Assembly (NCBI GenBank): GCA_973895155.1
Contig: OZ316895.1
Coordinates: 334,107-398,106 of the forward strand
Length of the DNA: 64,000 nt
From: Marsupella aquatica
Lineage: Eukaryota > Plantae > Marchantiophyta
Reading direction: 5' to 3'
Each line of letters begins with the position of its first letter. The first letter of the stretch is position 1. A program made the translations under genes and the position numbers. Below the pieces are notes generated by a model. It searched no databases. It was not told where the DNA came from and was given only the letters and a program-made list of their open reading frames with translations. Below are positions 37,141 through 49,375 of the stretch, piece by piece.

Positions 37141-38427
37141 GTGCCCAGATGCACTGCAAATGAAGTGGCACCACAAACCATATGGACGAAACTGGGAAGG
37201 AATGTCATGAATTTGACCATGAGTTGCAAACTAGAGCTCATTTATCACCAAAGATATCGCTTGCTTGCAAGGTGTACGTACATAGGCTTCTTTGTGCTTG
37301 TCTCTCCGGAAAATATCAATAAGAGCATGTTATGATGAAGTCATAACGCAGCATCACAAACTACACCCGGATGAGGGTGCTGGTCCCTGAATGGAGCAGG
37401 GATATGCAACGGCGACCAAACGATATTGCCACCATCAGAGAGACCGCAATGAGTAGTGTAGATGAGAACCAGGTTTGTCATGTCATTGTATCCACCACAT
37501 CCACAACCCCCCTCGCGCAATGCTACATGACTGAAATGGAGGTATTCCATGGAACAGGCAACAAGAATGGAAGCCAAGCTTTGACTGCAGATTTGATTTC
37601 CATTGAAGAACAAGACACTAACCAAGCCCGGCCTGGCTGAAATGCCGCAGATGTCCCTTCCTTTCAAAAACTTTTCTGTGGACAACCTGGAAATGAACGA
37701 CCCACTCCATCATGAACCCGGTTTGCCATTGACGAACGCACCCAGACTACATTGAAGCCTGCAAGCTGTATAAGTCACTAGGAAATGAAACATGTCCCAC
37801 TGTGTGAGGTTTGTGGAGCTGCAAAACTAAGGAAGGATTCACTCTCTGTGATGAGAGTCACAACACACTCCACCTAATACCCCGAGGGATTTTAACCACC
37901 TTACTGTAAACACGCACAGGCATTGTATGCTTTACACAGGCAAAGGCTGTGGATGTTTGTACAACTTGGTCTTGCGCCTCTTGTATCGCCCATTTGGGCT
38001 TTTCTTGGTTTAATTGACTGGGCGCCTCCCATGTTTTCGCACCCATGAAGCTGGACAGTATGCAAGGCACAACTTTCTAAAACTGTCACGTTAGTCATCA
38101 AGACTAGCATTTCAAGCATGCAATTTCATTGCAAAATCTCGATATGATTCACAAAAGCATGCAATTTCATTGCAAAATCTCGATATGATTCACAAACACA
38201 GGAGTCTCTTATTGACCACTTGCTTGTTTCTGGGACTTTCATAAAGGTCCAAAACCGAGCTGCCCAAAGATGTGCACGCTTCATGGGTGCGAATCTGAAG
38301 TCATGTAATGTCGTTCCTCTGTTATTACGAGATAAACCGCAGTATTTAACCATAGTTAATAGCGTAGTTTATCTCTAATAATGAAGGACCTAAAAAAGGA
38401 GCAGATGTGGCAAACTTTAATTGCTTG

Positions 38428-38540
38428 CCGAGCGTGCCACCCGGGATCTCGTCAAGGTTTCAAATCACTGATGACATTTACAAACTAGAGAGCGTACCAC
38501 CCGGGTTCTCGCCCAGGTTTGAAATCGCTGGTGACATTAC
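38428..38540 (-). mobile_element. Candidate Helitron 3' terminus, tandemly duplicated
   Basis: Minus strand reads cctggg-cgagaa-cccggg hairpin, 11-nt spacer, CTAG|T (CTAG at 38485-38488); a degenerate second copy lies at ~38428-38478. Confidence 0.45.
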
Positions 38541-39275
38541 AATTTGAACACAATGCTGCTTCGGTACTCTTTCGATGCGTGCGGGGCTGCGTCACTGAAG
38601 AGAGGAACGAGTAGAGAGGACTGAAACTATTGCAGCTTGAGCCATTGCATTTCCTCGTTTTTGAAACGAGCTTTCTACAGGGCGGACAGATTTGTCGTCA
38701 GAAGCAGAGGTCAGTACTAGTCTCTCGGCCTGCTCCTACTGTATCTCGCGTTTTCGTTCGTCAATGCAATTCACGTGGACTCACGGGCCAATATTCGCAA
38801 TGAACTGAAAAATAATCAATTTCTTCAATCCTTTTCAATTGTCGTCATCGTTTTGCGAAGTTTGCACATCAGATGCATCAGAATTGTTCATCGGGAATTA
38901 CACCTGGTTGGCAAGGCCATAGTCTGTGTTTTCTATCAGTAAGCTTACTCCTGCTCCCTTGCTTCGGAGAACATTGTTGAGTTCAGGTGCCTTGACGACT
39001 CAATTTCTGTGCGTTCAGTTGTTTGTTGACTCAGCTCTCCGTCTCGCTATCTTTTCAATTCTATGTACTCTCTGGGTTTTGCACCGGTTGTGTCAGTGAG
39101 CTATTCAGTGAATTCCGTTTCTCTCACTACTTCTCTTTGGGGGGATAGTGGACCTCATAACTCATTGGATCGGTCACTATATCTGACTCATTCGGGGACT
39201 TGTTTCTCGTGTTTTATGTGAAGGAACGTGCCGTAGAAGCTGGGTCTGAATTACACAGGATCCCATTAGAGTAAA

Positions 39276-42200
39276 ATGGAAGGGATCGAAAAGCTCGTGC
39301 CGGTTGTATTGGCCGGTGCAATGGCCGTCGTGTCGCTGCACGTTTTCCCCTTCTCGCCAAGCTCCAAAAATGGAAATAAGATTGTGGCCAAAAATTCCGA
39401 CTCCGACGAAGAAACCAGTGAGCTCGAGAAGGATGCCGAGGACGACTCGGTGAAGCCTGTCACTGTTCAATGGAAGAACTTGACCTGCTTCCTCATGGAC
39501 AAGTCTGGACGCTTGGTATGCTTGCTTCCATCCAACTCTATCGATAATTTCTAGCTTTGAGGCTGAATTTGTTTTAACTTTCTGTACTAGGTTGGTGAGG
39601 AGATTCTGTAAGATAAATTTGCAAGGGATCGTATCATCTTCTAGTGTTAGCATGTTTTAATAGAAACTGTAGAGTTGATGTTAGGGCATGCACAGGAAGG
39701 CCCGTCATGCACTTTGACACCCGCTTCAATGCCCAAACCTTGAGTGCTGCGTTCTGTACCGTGGCAATCGGATTAGGGCATTGCATTCATTATTCATGAG
39801 GCACAGTTTCCTCCTTCATTTCTAGTAATGGTGTCTAGGGGTCTGGGCGAGGACCCGATACCCTTACATCCAACAAGACTGGAGGGTATTATCAAACACT
39901 CAAAGCATTTGTTGTGTGACACTATTATATGGTACACACAATCCTCAGTTGCTTTGGGATCCATTTATTGTTACGTCGCACCCCTTTCCTCATACTTCGC
40001 GAGGGAAAACCTTCCGAGGGGGTCGTTGGGTCGCCTCATGTCGTCAAATGAGCTGATGTGGACCTCAATTAGTTTTTCCTCTTTCTGTGGTCCACTTCTG
40101 CAGGGCAAAGTTCTCCTAAACAAAGTCAGCGGGGAAGCGAAAGCTGGGCGACTGCTTGCCATTATGGGGCCGTCAGGCTCGGGAAAGACGTCCTTGATCA
40201 ATGTATTGGCAGGCCAGCTTCCTGCATCTCAACGCCTACGACTCAGTGGCCGTCTTTTATTTAACGGGCGTCATTTCAAGTCCTTTGTCCCTAAGTATGT
40301 TGCTTTGAAAGTAGCCCTGACATCCTTTTCATGATAAATTTCCTCCACCTTTTCCATCTCCTGTATTGAGTACCCCCCAGGTTCTGATGAATATTACGCA
40401 GTCATTTTGAGATTATTTGCTGAGGAGATTGCTCTCGTGCAGGGTAGCCTACGTGAGACAAGAGGATCTGTTTTTTTCCCAGCTGACAGTCAGAGAAACA
40501 CTGACACTGGCAGCTGAACTTCAGCTTTCAAACAATATCGACAGAGGAAGATATGTGAATGATCTACTCAACCGCTTGGGTCTGGTACGTTAGCAAGGAG
40601 GTGCTCTAGAAATCTCTCGGTGGCAATCGTTGCTATAGTTTTCTGTCTAATTACTCAGTGTAGCATCTCTGTAAGAGCATTAATTCTGCCATCGCTGTAG
40701 CTCCTGCGTTCTCATATGAACAGATCACAAGAAGCTCTCCTATCGTTATCAATTTTATGAGTTGTAGTGTTCATCTTGCTAGCATATGAAAACTATGATA
40801 TGCTAAATGGATGAGGGTGCTGCGGCTGGTTTTCTTCTCCGTTTCCTTGTTGGGTGCTTGGGGAATTTAATGCCCACCTGTTTCTTAGCTAACGTGGTCA
40901 TTGCCACAACGTTTTTGATCCATTCATGCTTGGACAGGGATCCTGTGCAGATACAATTGTGGGAGATAATAAAGTGCGAGGAATCAGTGGCGGAGAGAAG
41001 AAGCGACTCTCAATAGCCTGTGAGCTTATTGCCAGTCCTTCCGTTATTTTTGCTGATGAACCCACGACTGGTGAGTACAACTGGTTCGTCTTGTCCTCCT
41101 TAGGACTTAATTCGATTGCGCTGATTGCCTGTATGTCAAACAGAGTTACCGCCGTTATGGTTGTTAAACATTGCTGCCCATACTTTCCTAAGATATGATA
41201 TTGTGAAAGCAGGTTTAGATGCTTTCCAAGCGGAACAGGTGATGGAGACTCTTAGGCAGCTGGCTGAGGACGGGCATACTGTCATAACGTCAATTCATCA
41301 ACCGCGGGGATCGATATATGCAAAATTTGATGACCTAGTTCTGCTGTCAGAGGGTTCTCTTGTGTACGCTGGACCTGCAGGAGATGCTGCACTTTCTCAC
41401 TTTGAAAATATAGGGTAAGCTCACTGATTATCCTCGCTGGTTAATGCAAGTACCCAGTAGTACTCACAAGAAGTTCGTCAAGATGACTCATGGCAAGGAG
41501 GCCATGTTCTCTGTCGAACTTTCATTGTTTCTTTCTCCTTGTAGTGTGTGTCAGTCATGGTTGAGTGATCCTGATGCTAGAGTTCAAAGTGGACCTCTTG
41601 TGTTTCTCTATAATCCTTCCCGAGCAAGTTTGCCATTCTGTGTATCAAACTAGGTTATTGTACCTGCCCTGATTCCCAATTGAGACTGACACAACTGCCA
41701 CTACAGGTACAAAGTGCCAGAACACGTTAACCCAGCAGAGTATTTCGCCGATCTGATCTCTATTGATTTCTCCTCCCCAGAAAGGGAAGATATCACTCGC
41801 CAGAAGCTCTCAAGTCTGGTCAAGGCATTCTCCAGTAAAGAGGTTGAGATTGCAGCTGCAATTATGGAGGACACAACAGAAGAAAGCGAGTCACGTGCTT
41901 TAGTCCCAATTGCTCCTCTCGCTAAAATTGGGTGGTGGACACAGTTTCGTTTCTTGCTAAAACGAGCCTGGTTACAGGTTATTTCTTTTACTGATATTTT
42001 GGACTGCAAGTAATCATCATTTAAGTCCAATAACCATGGTTCTGAAGGACTTAATCGCTTTAATAAGGAGAAGTAGGATGACACGACTATGTAAGGTTCA
42101 TTGGAATTTCCCCAAATTGAAAAGAATTCCGTTTCCTTTGATTTTATGATTCTTCGTAGGAAATTCTTGTTCCATGTACGTTTTATATGCTTTTGCAGCT

Positions 42201-44016
42201 CCTAAAAAAACTTAGTAGCCTTGATGAAGCTAACGTCCAGGGATCCAAAAGGACCATGCCATTATATAACAAATCTTCATGCCAAACCCTCTTTTGTTGT
42301 ATCATCAATGAACCACATCATGGAGACAGCATTTGTGGCATGCCATCTGTTAAAGGCTATCTCCCGAGTCACAGTTTGAGCTGATTCGTAGCACTTGACA
42401 AAAATGTGTGCCAGGCAACTCGTGATGGACCTACCAACAAAGTTCGTGCATCCATGTCAATATCGTCAGCTTTAATTTTCGGGTCCATTTTCTGGCGCAT
42501 GGGATTATCTCAGACATCCATTCAAGATCGGATGGGCCTCCTTCAGGTATACTTTTACGCATGAATCTGTGACACTGTATATTGAGACAAATCGTTGGTC
42601 ATGCTCCATAGTACAGCAGTACGGTTGCTTGATTAGAAAGGCTGGGCTTGCATGTGCTTTCGTCGACTTATTTTGTAAGTAGCGTCATTGTACTAATGCT
42701 TGATTTGTGGTTCCATTCTGATTAGGTAGCTGCTGTTAACACAGCGATGGCAGCTTTAACAAAGACAGTGAATGTTTTTCCAAAGGAGAGAACTATTATA
42801 CAACGAGAACGTACCAAAGGTTCCTATGATCTGGTTCCGTACTTGGTCTCGAAGCTGGTTGCAGAGGCTCCAATCAGTGCAGCCTTCCCACTTGCCTTTG
42901 GTGCTATTGTTTATCCGCTGACTCGACTACATCCCAGCATTCCAAGGTTTGGGAACTGTAGAGCCAGCCCTGCCATCAAGCACTAGAAAGATTGCAAACT
43001 TCGTTAGTGGTGTGAGTGCTGTTTTCCACCCTCTATAGCATCATCAAGAGACCTGACATCTTTGCATTAGATCTCAATAATCCCCAACGGCAATTCTTAT
43101 GGTGTGTTGATTGTGAATCAGGTTCTTGAAGTTTTCAGGAGTTATGACTGTGGAGGCCTTTGCAGCTTCAGCTCTGGGGTTGACTGTAGGGGCAGTTGCA
43201 CCCAGTGTGGAAGCAGCTAGTGCCCTGGGTCCATCCATAATGACTGTCTTCATTGTATTCGGCGGCTATTATGTGAACGAAGACAACACCCCAATAGTTT
43301 TTCGCTGGATCCCTAAAATTTCCATCATTCGCTGGTACGTATAATGCCGTTCGAGATGACCATTCTGTTGGTCCTATTCCTGTCACAAACATGGTAAGCT
43401 AGGAAATTTACTCACAAGTTTTGAAGTCAAAGGGACTGCTTTGCCTTGAATTCTGACCTAAAATCTTGAATGATGCAGGGCCTTCCAAGCTTTGTGTATA
43501 AATGAATTCAAAGGGCTCAAGTTTGGTAAAGCCAGATCCTTTGATGTTGAGGATGGAGAACAGGTCTGCCACTTCCCTTGACCCTTCAGAGTTCTCCAAG
43601 ATCTTATGTTGGAGCAAGTAGAGACCCCAGCCTCAGTTGATTTTGCTGTTTATGATGGCGAAAAAGTGTACCGTGTGTTGCTGATTGGTTGACCTTACAC
43701 TACTTCGCAGGTGTTGGATAGACTTTCTTTTGGGAAGAGTACACTTGGCGGGGCATTGGTAAATGAAGCGGGGATTGCTACCTTCTGGTACTACTTGACC
43801 TATTTGGCGCTGAAGAGGACTAGGCCACGTTACCAAGCATTTGAAGCACTTCCCCAGCCGACCCCTCTGGCCATAGTTAGTAAAGTTAGTGGCAAGAGCC
43901 CCGAGCAGTTTTCAGATGACTTCGTCGATGACATCAACCAAAGAACCGAAGAGGAATCGTCAACTGAAGGTTTACAGAAACATAGACCTGAATCTAAAGT
44001 AGAAGAAAGTTCTTAG
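39276..44016 (+). CDS. ABC transporter G family half-transporter (ABCG7/WBC7-like), multi-exon
   Basis: Exons at about 39276-39515, 40104-40294, 40443-40584, 40939-41070, 41213-41414, 41707-41977, 42415-42546, 42726-42946, 43122-43334, 43479-43563, 43711-44016. Walker A GPSGSGKT, signature ISGGEKKRL, Walker [13 protein letters not shown]-loop SIHQP, NPAEY, and an ABC2 membrane domain. Confidence 0.93.
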
Positions 44017-44917
44017 AGTGAAGAAATCCTCAGAAGCAGGCGTTGCTTTGGAGGCTGTTGAAACGATCCGAGCATTCTTGGAATAGTATTTTAGATGATC
44101 CTTTACAAGCTTAAAGCAATGGGGATTATAGTACGTGCTTTTCTCCTCAACTGAAAATGGGTTCGAGCATTTCCCGTTAAGATCGTTTGGGGCAAAGTGG
44201 TCCTCCCCTAACCTGCTATTTCGTTGGACAGTGTCAATCATGGTAAGTGTTTCCTGAAAGACAGCAGTCCACATAAATGTTTAAAAAAACTCCAGATGAA
44301 ATTGCTGCAGCACGTAGTAACCGTAGATAAAATATCCTTTCAAACATTTCATTGGTTTTCTATGGTTGGGTTGAGACTCTTGAACGTAAACTGAGAAATA
44401 CCGTTAGTTCCTGGTAGTGTGCACCCGAGTTGTAGGTGCTCCCGAGTCATATCTGGGCACAGGCAGACAGATAGACTCAACCTTTTTCCTTCTGTACAGA
44501 GCCTCGCTCTGCTCGAGAATACCAGTAGATGCCTCTCGGAAAACCTCCAGTTCTGCAGTCTCCCTCCATAGCCCAGGATGGACTGTAATGCATCTGATTG
44601 TCCTTGTTATTTGCAGCTCCTGTAGTAGAAACTTGGGTCACTCATATAATAACTAACTAATTACAAAACATGGTGCCCAGCACCGAAACTCGACCTCTCA
44701 AACGCAGTGGGCTGAAAATAATGTAGACAGGTTCGGGGTATGGGGAGAAATTAAGACACTACACCCTGAAAAAATTGTATATGAGGCAATTTGCCGTGGG
44801 AAATGGAAGTTTTCTGTTGAAAAAGGTTGCAAACACAGGATTTGGCTAGATGTCAGGGAACTACCAGAAAAGTTATATTTAGCACCAGCAAGTGATAATC
44901 AAGCTTGGTCACTATAG

Positions 44918-45500
44918 GTTGAGCAATATAGATAATGTGTACAATACAAATTTTACCAGTATGTTCTTAGGCCATAGAATGACCCCATTATGTAATTGAG
45001 CTGAAGTTCAACCAATAACAATAATAGGTCCCCATCACTTAAATGCATTAGAGCTGAGCAAATATAAATAAGCTGTACAAGATATTAAACTTTAACAATA
45101 TGTTCTCAGGCCATAAATTGACCCCATCATTCACCTGAGCTAAAAGTTCAGCTAAAAACAATAATAGGTCTCATCACAAGCGAACTAGAGCTGAGCCAAT
45201 ATAAATAAGCTGTACAGGATATTAAACTTTAACAATATGTTCTCAGGCCATAAAATGACCCCATCATTCACCTGAGCTAAACTTCTAGCTAATAACAATA
45301 ATAGGTCTCATCACTTAATAAGTGAACTAGAGTTGAGCCAATAAAACTAAGATGTACAAGACAATATATTCTGGCCCATCACCTAAGTGACCTAGAGTTG
45401 AGCCAATAAAACTAAGGTGTACAAGACAAGATATGGCAACAAGTTATGGGACCAATTTCAGCCCCTATTCAATTCAAGTGAACTAGAGTTCAACCATTAA
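44918..45500. repeat. Tandem array, ~135-140-bp unit, ~3 full plus 2-3 partial copies
   Basis: Repeated gagctgagc(c)aatataaataagctgtaca...aatatgttctcaggccata..tgaccccatcattcacctgagct...aataataggtctcatcac. Confidence 0.85.
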
Positions 45501-45688
45501 CTATTTGCGGTGGAGAACCCGGAACAAAACTACAATAATGTACCCTTTTGGTAGTAGTTTTTCTGGCAGAGCAAGAGTGGCACTAGACTAGGGTCAAATA
45601 TGACATATAGTGTGTACGCCATCCCTCCATACCATGATGAACATTGTTATTTTGTTTAAATCAATGAGTGGACATCCCTCCATACCAT

Positions 45689-46427
45689 TGTCATGCAAAC
45701 CCTTGTCGGCGCTTAACCACGTACTCGGGTTTGAGCGGCTATCCTAGTTAGCGGTGATCCTGATTAATTTAGGGCATTGCCAGGTAGATTTAGCGGCTGG
45801 TGAGCGACCGGCGCTAGGATTGCGGCTCGGGATTTAACCCGCCTCGCCGCCACCTAGGAGACGGCGGCACCGGATAGGGCCAAGTGGTCAATTAGGTTAG
45901 TTAGCTGGTAGGTTTGCCTAATCTGGGATCAGTCTATCTTGCACACCACTGTTTCGTCTGTTATGGTGAGGTTTCAATGGTTGGGAGGGCTCCTCACAGA
46001 TTGCCTTATCGGGTGAGGCAGCCCATCCCTTGGGATCCAGGGGGTATACCTTCTGGGCCTCCCTTCATTCACTTCAGTTCTGAGGTGAATCCGGTTACAG
46101 TTTCTAGTTTCTTGCTTGGCAGCGCTCGTCGATTACACGTAGATGATCGTTGCATAGCGTGCCCGTCAATTACATAGACGGCGGTCGGTTTTTCATCGTT
46201 GAGTAGTGCTTACATTGCTGCCCTACAGTTTTCCGCCCATTCTAGTAAAGCGCATTACAGATTCGCTTACTCCGGACTCACTTTGTCTCACGTTTTATTA
46301 GTAGATATGATGCTTTTCTTTTTCTGTTTCTGCATGCAAGTAGACAGCTGATAGGATAGTAAGTGTATTCACTAGACAGGTTTGCGGTTACGACACAACT
46401 GGTACATCGATGCACTCTAGCACGACA
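45689..46427. mobile_element. Solo LTR, 739 bp, with 4-bp TSD CCAT
   Basis: CCAT|TGTCATGC ... GCACGACA|CCAT (TG...CA ends, 7/8 inverted match). It splits a repeat unit (catccctccataccat|gataaacattgttattttg) whose uninterrupted copies lie at ~45620 and ~46762. Confidence 0.85.
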
Positions 46428-47689
46428 CCATGATAAACATTGTTATTTTGCTTAAAGTGCCACTGTCCATGACAAAACCTGGTTCCACCATTTCTAGTAT
46501 CCTGTTCTTGAAATTGTGGAGCAAAGTCTCACACTATAGGAGTGAAATGTGAAAAAGTGAAGAGTCTTGGACACTTTTCCTTTTATATGGACAGTGATGG
46601 CTTAAAATCAAAGAGTGGACATTCCACCTAGAGAGATGACTTTGTGATAGTTCACTTGAGTAGAGATTGATTGATCTTGGATTCAATATTGTGGCCGATT
46701 CTTCCTTTTCTGTGGGGTTTCACACATTTCCTCTTCAAAATAAAAAGAAAACATAATCGGACATCCCTCCATACCATGATAAATGTATTTTGTTTAAATC
46801 AATGAGTGGACACCTTATATTATCAAATTTTGATGTGTACCTACAGGGCATATTACCAAATGTTGTGTGATTACGGTCATGGCGATACTAAAGGAGTTTA
46901 TGGTGCCGGGCTCTACCGGTAAACCCGGTACACAGGACGAAAACGCGAAGAAGGAGCGGAGCCGATTATTATTTAATTAGAGAAGCTTCGAGCTGTCGAG
47001 ACGTCGAGTGGGCGGCCCTTCCACCGTCTCGTCTCGTCGCGCTGCAGAGTGCAGACTACGATGGTCGGCCAAGCTTTCAATTCTATTGGGCCGAGGCGTT
47101 GGTTAAGATGCTTGTTGACGTCCCCGCGATGGTAGCAAGGCGGCAGGGAGGGAAGAATCCGAAGCAAGGGAAGAGTGGGAGTTTTATTTCCGCGAAAATC
47201 CATCCAGTTGGTCGCTCGGAAGGAGAGAGTTCCAAAGGGGATCTTTATTAGAGAGGAAGGAGAAGGTGGCGGTGGCGGCACAGGCCCACCGAAGTCCCGC
47301 GAAAGAGAGAAGCAGCGTGCTGGTGGCAATTGGTTGGACTGATGACCAATTATTGTATTCAAAGGACGACAGCTGATCACGGCGAAAACCTCAAAACCGT
47401 GTCCAGTCAGGGGCTACTTAGGACAAATTAATGGAGCTGGGTTTTATTAGCTGAAGGACACGAGTATCCAAAGCTCTCTCCATTTGATTCCGGGCGCGTT
47501 TGGGTCAGGCGTTTGGGACTTGGGGCGCGCAAGGTGCTGGTGTGTCAATAATATAGCTTACGCAGTGGGTCCACTGAATGATAGATGTCACTTTGACTGG
47601 TGACAGGATGCTATTCCCAGTTGTCGACCTCCTTTGGTTTTGGATCCCGTGAATGAACGCTTTGTCTGGACTGTACTGTCTATATTGCC

Positions 47690-47772
47690 CGTGTTCTTTC
47701 TTTGGGTGAAGGTCAGACTTGACTGTCTATATTGCCCGTGTTCTTTCTTTGGGTGAAGGTCAGACTTGACTG
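47690..47772. repeat. Tandem duplication, ~48 bp x2, in the ERO1 leader
   Basis: actgtctatattgcccgtgttctttctttgggtgaaggtcagacttg occurs twice (first copy begins ~47675). Confidence 0.85.
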
Positions 47773-47968
47773 CAGGAAACCCATTCATCAGGCTCTCAGG
47801 CTCCGTCTTCTGGAGCTGCCGGCAGGAGACGGAACTGGGCTTTGATGACATTTGTTTCCTGAAGAGAAATACAAATCTTTGACTCAGAGAAATTGACGGA
47901 GAGGGAGAGCATTTGGAAGGTGCAGGATATCTGTGAAGGGGAAGGGAGAACGGGACCTATTTGCCAAG

Positions 47969-49375
47969 ATGAGTGCAGCAGAAGGGGCAGAGCAGGATGC
48001 AACAGAGAGGGAGAGGAGATGCAAATCTCGTTACATGAGCACGGTGCTGTTCGGGCTGATCTTTGTAATTGTAGCGATCGGGGCTGTGCCATTCGTCTCC
48101 ATCCCGAATTCCCTTTCTAATAATACCAGCAATCAGCTGTCGGGGCTGAATGAATGGTGGAACGAGAGCAAGCGGTTGATCTGGGGTCTAAAGGCGCCAT
48201 GCCCCTGTTCACATTTGAAAGACTTAACAGGCGTGGTTGAGGACTGTTGCTGTGAGTATGAAACGGTCTATTCTTTGAACAACGAGATTCTGCACTCCCT
48301 GCTGCACGACATAGTGAAGCAACCCTTCTTCCGTTACTTCAAGGTGAAGCTTTGGTGCGACTGCCCATATTGGCCGGAGGATGGGATGTGCAGGCTACGG
48401 GATTGTAGTGTTTGTGAGTGCCCGGATAACGAATTCCCGGAGACCTTCAAGGAGGGATTAGGGTTAGACGATATATCCTGCCAGGAGGGTAAGGCTGTTG
48501 CAGCTGTTGATCGAACTTTGGACACCAGAGCCTTCAGGGGTTGGACGGAGAGTGACAATCCTTGGACTCAGGATGATGAAAGAGACAATTCGGATATGAC
48601 TTATGTGAATTTGCTTCTCAATCCTGAAAGATTCACGGGATACGTTGGACCATCTGCCCGTAGAATCTGGGAGGCTATCTACCAGGAACATTGCTTTGAC
48701 GGCGCGGAACGAGATTCGTGTATGGAGGCACGCTTCCTGTACAGATTGATATCAGGTCTTCACACGTCGATTACTACCCACATTGCTGCAGACTATTTAC
48801 TCGATGAGACCACAGACACATGGGGACCTAATCCGGCGCTCCTTTACGAGCGTGTACTCGAGTACCCCGAGCGAGTGCAGAATCTCTACTTCACCTTTCT
48901 CTTTGTGTTGAGAGCTGTCACCAAGGCTGCTGATTATCTCTCGCAAGCAGAGTATGACACAGGCAATCCAGTTGAGGACCAGCAAACTCTGCAGCTGATG
49001 AAGCAGCTCGTGAACAATGAACGCTTACGTGCTGCGTGTCCAGTTCCCTTCGACGAGGCACAGATGTGGCATCGTGACGATAGTGTACAGCTAAAGCAAC
49101 AAGTTCAACACCACTTCCGCAACATCAGTTCTTTGATGGACTGTGTAGGATGTGAAAAATGCAGGCTTTGGGGCAAACTTCAGACTTTGGGGCTTGGAAC
49201 CGCCCTCAAAATATTGTTTTCTGTGGAACCAACCGAACCTCAATCCGCGGTTTATCCTGATTTGCAACGGAATGAAGTGATTGCCCTAGTCAATTTGCTC
49301 CATAGGTTGTCCGAGTCACTGCAGCTCGTCCACGACATGGCACCCGGGGGTGCGAAGCAAGCCATGCTACTTTAA
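47969..49375 (+). CDS. ERO1: Endoplasmic reticulum oxidoreductin 1, single coding exon
   Basis: N-terminal signal anchor, GVVEDCCC, CRLRDCSVCEC outer active site, NPERFTGY, ISGLHTSI, MDCVGCEKCRLWGKLQ inner active site; first ATG at 47969. Confidence 0.96.
   Translation: MSAAEGAEQDATERERRCKSRYMSTVLFGLIFVIVAIGAVPFVSIPNSLSNNTSNQLSGLNEWWNESKRLIWGLKAPCPCSHLKDLTGVVEDCCCEYETVYSLNNEILHSLLHDIVKQPFFRYFKVKLWCDCPYWPEDGMCRLRDCSVCECPDNEFPETFKEGLGLDDISCQEGKAVAAVDRTLDTRAFRGWTESDNPWTQDDERDNSDMTYVNLLLNPERFTGYVGPSARRIWEAIYQEHCFDGAERDSCMEARFLYRLISGLHTSITTHIAADYLLDETTDTWGPNPALLYERVLEYPERVQNLYFTFLFVLRAVTKAADYLSQAEYDTGNPVEDQQTLQLMKQLVNNERLRAACPVPFDEAQMWHRDDSVQLKQQVQHHFRNISSLMDCVGCEKCRLWGKLQTLGLGTALKILFSVEPTEPQSAVYPDLQRNEVIALVNLLHRLSESLQLVHDMAPGGAKQAMLL

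Noticed and set aside
44328-44342. ATATCCTT as a U12 intron donor
   Set aside because: Lies downstream of the ABCG stop with no matching branch point or acceptor.
44918-45500. Repeat array as a CRISPR-like locus
   Set aside because: Units repeat along their whole length with no unique spacers, the context is eukaryotic, and there are no cas genes.
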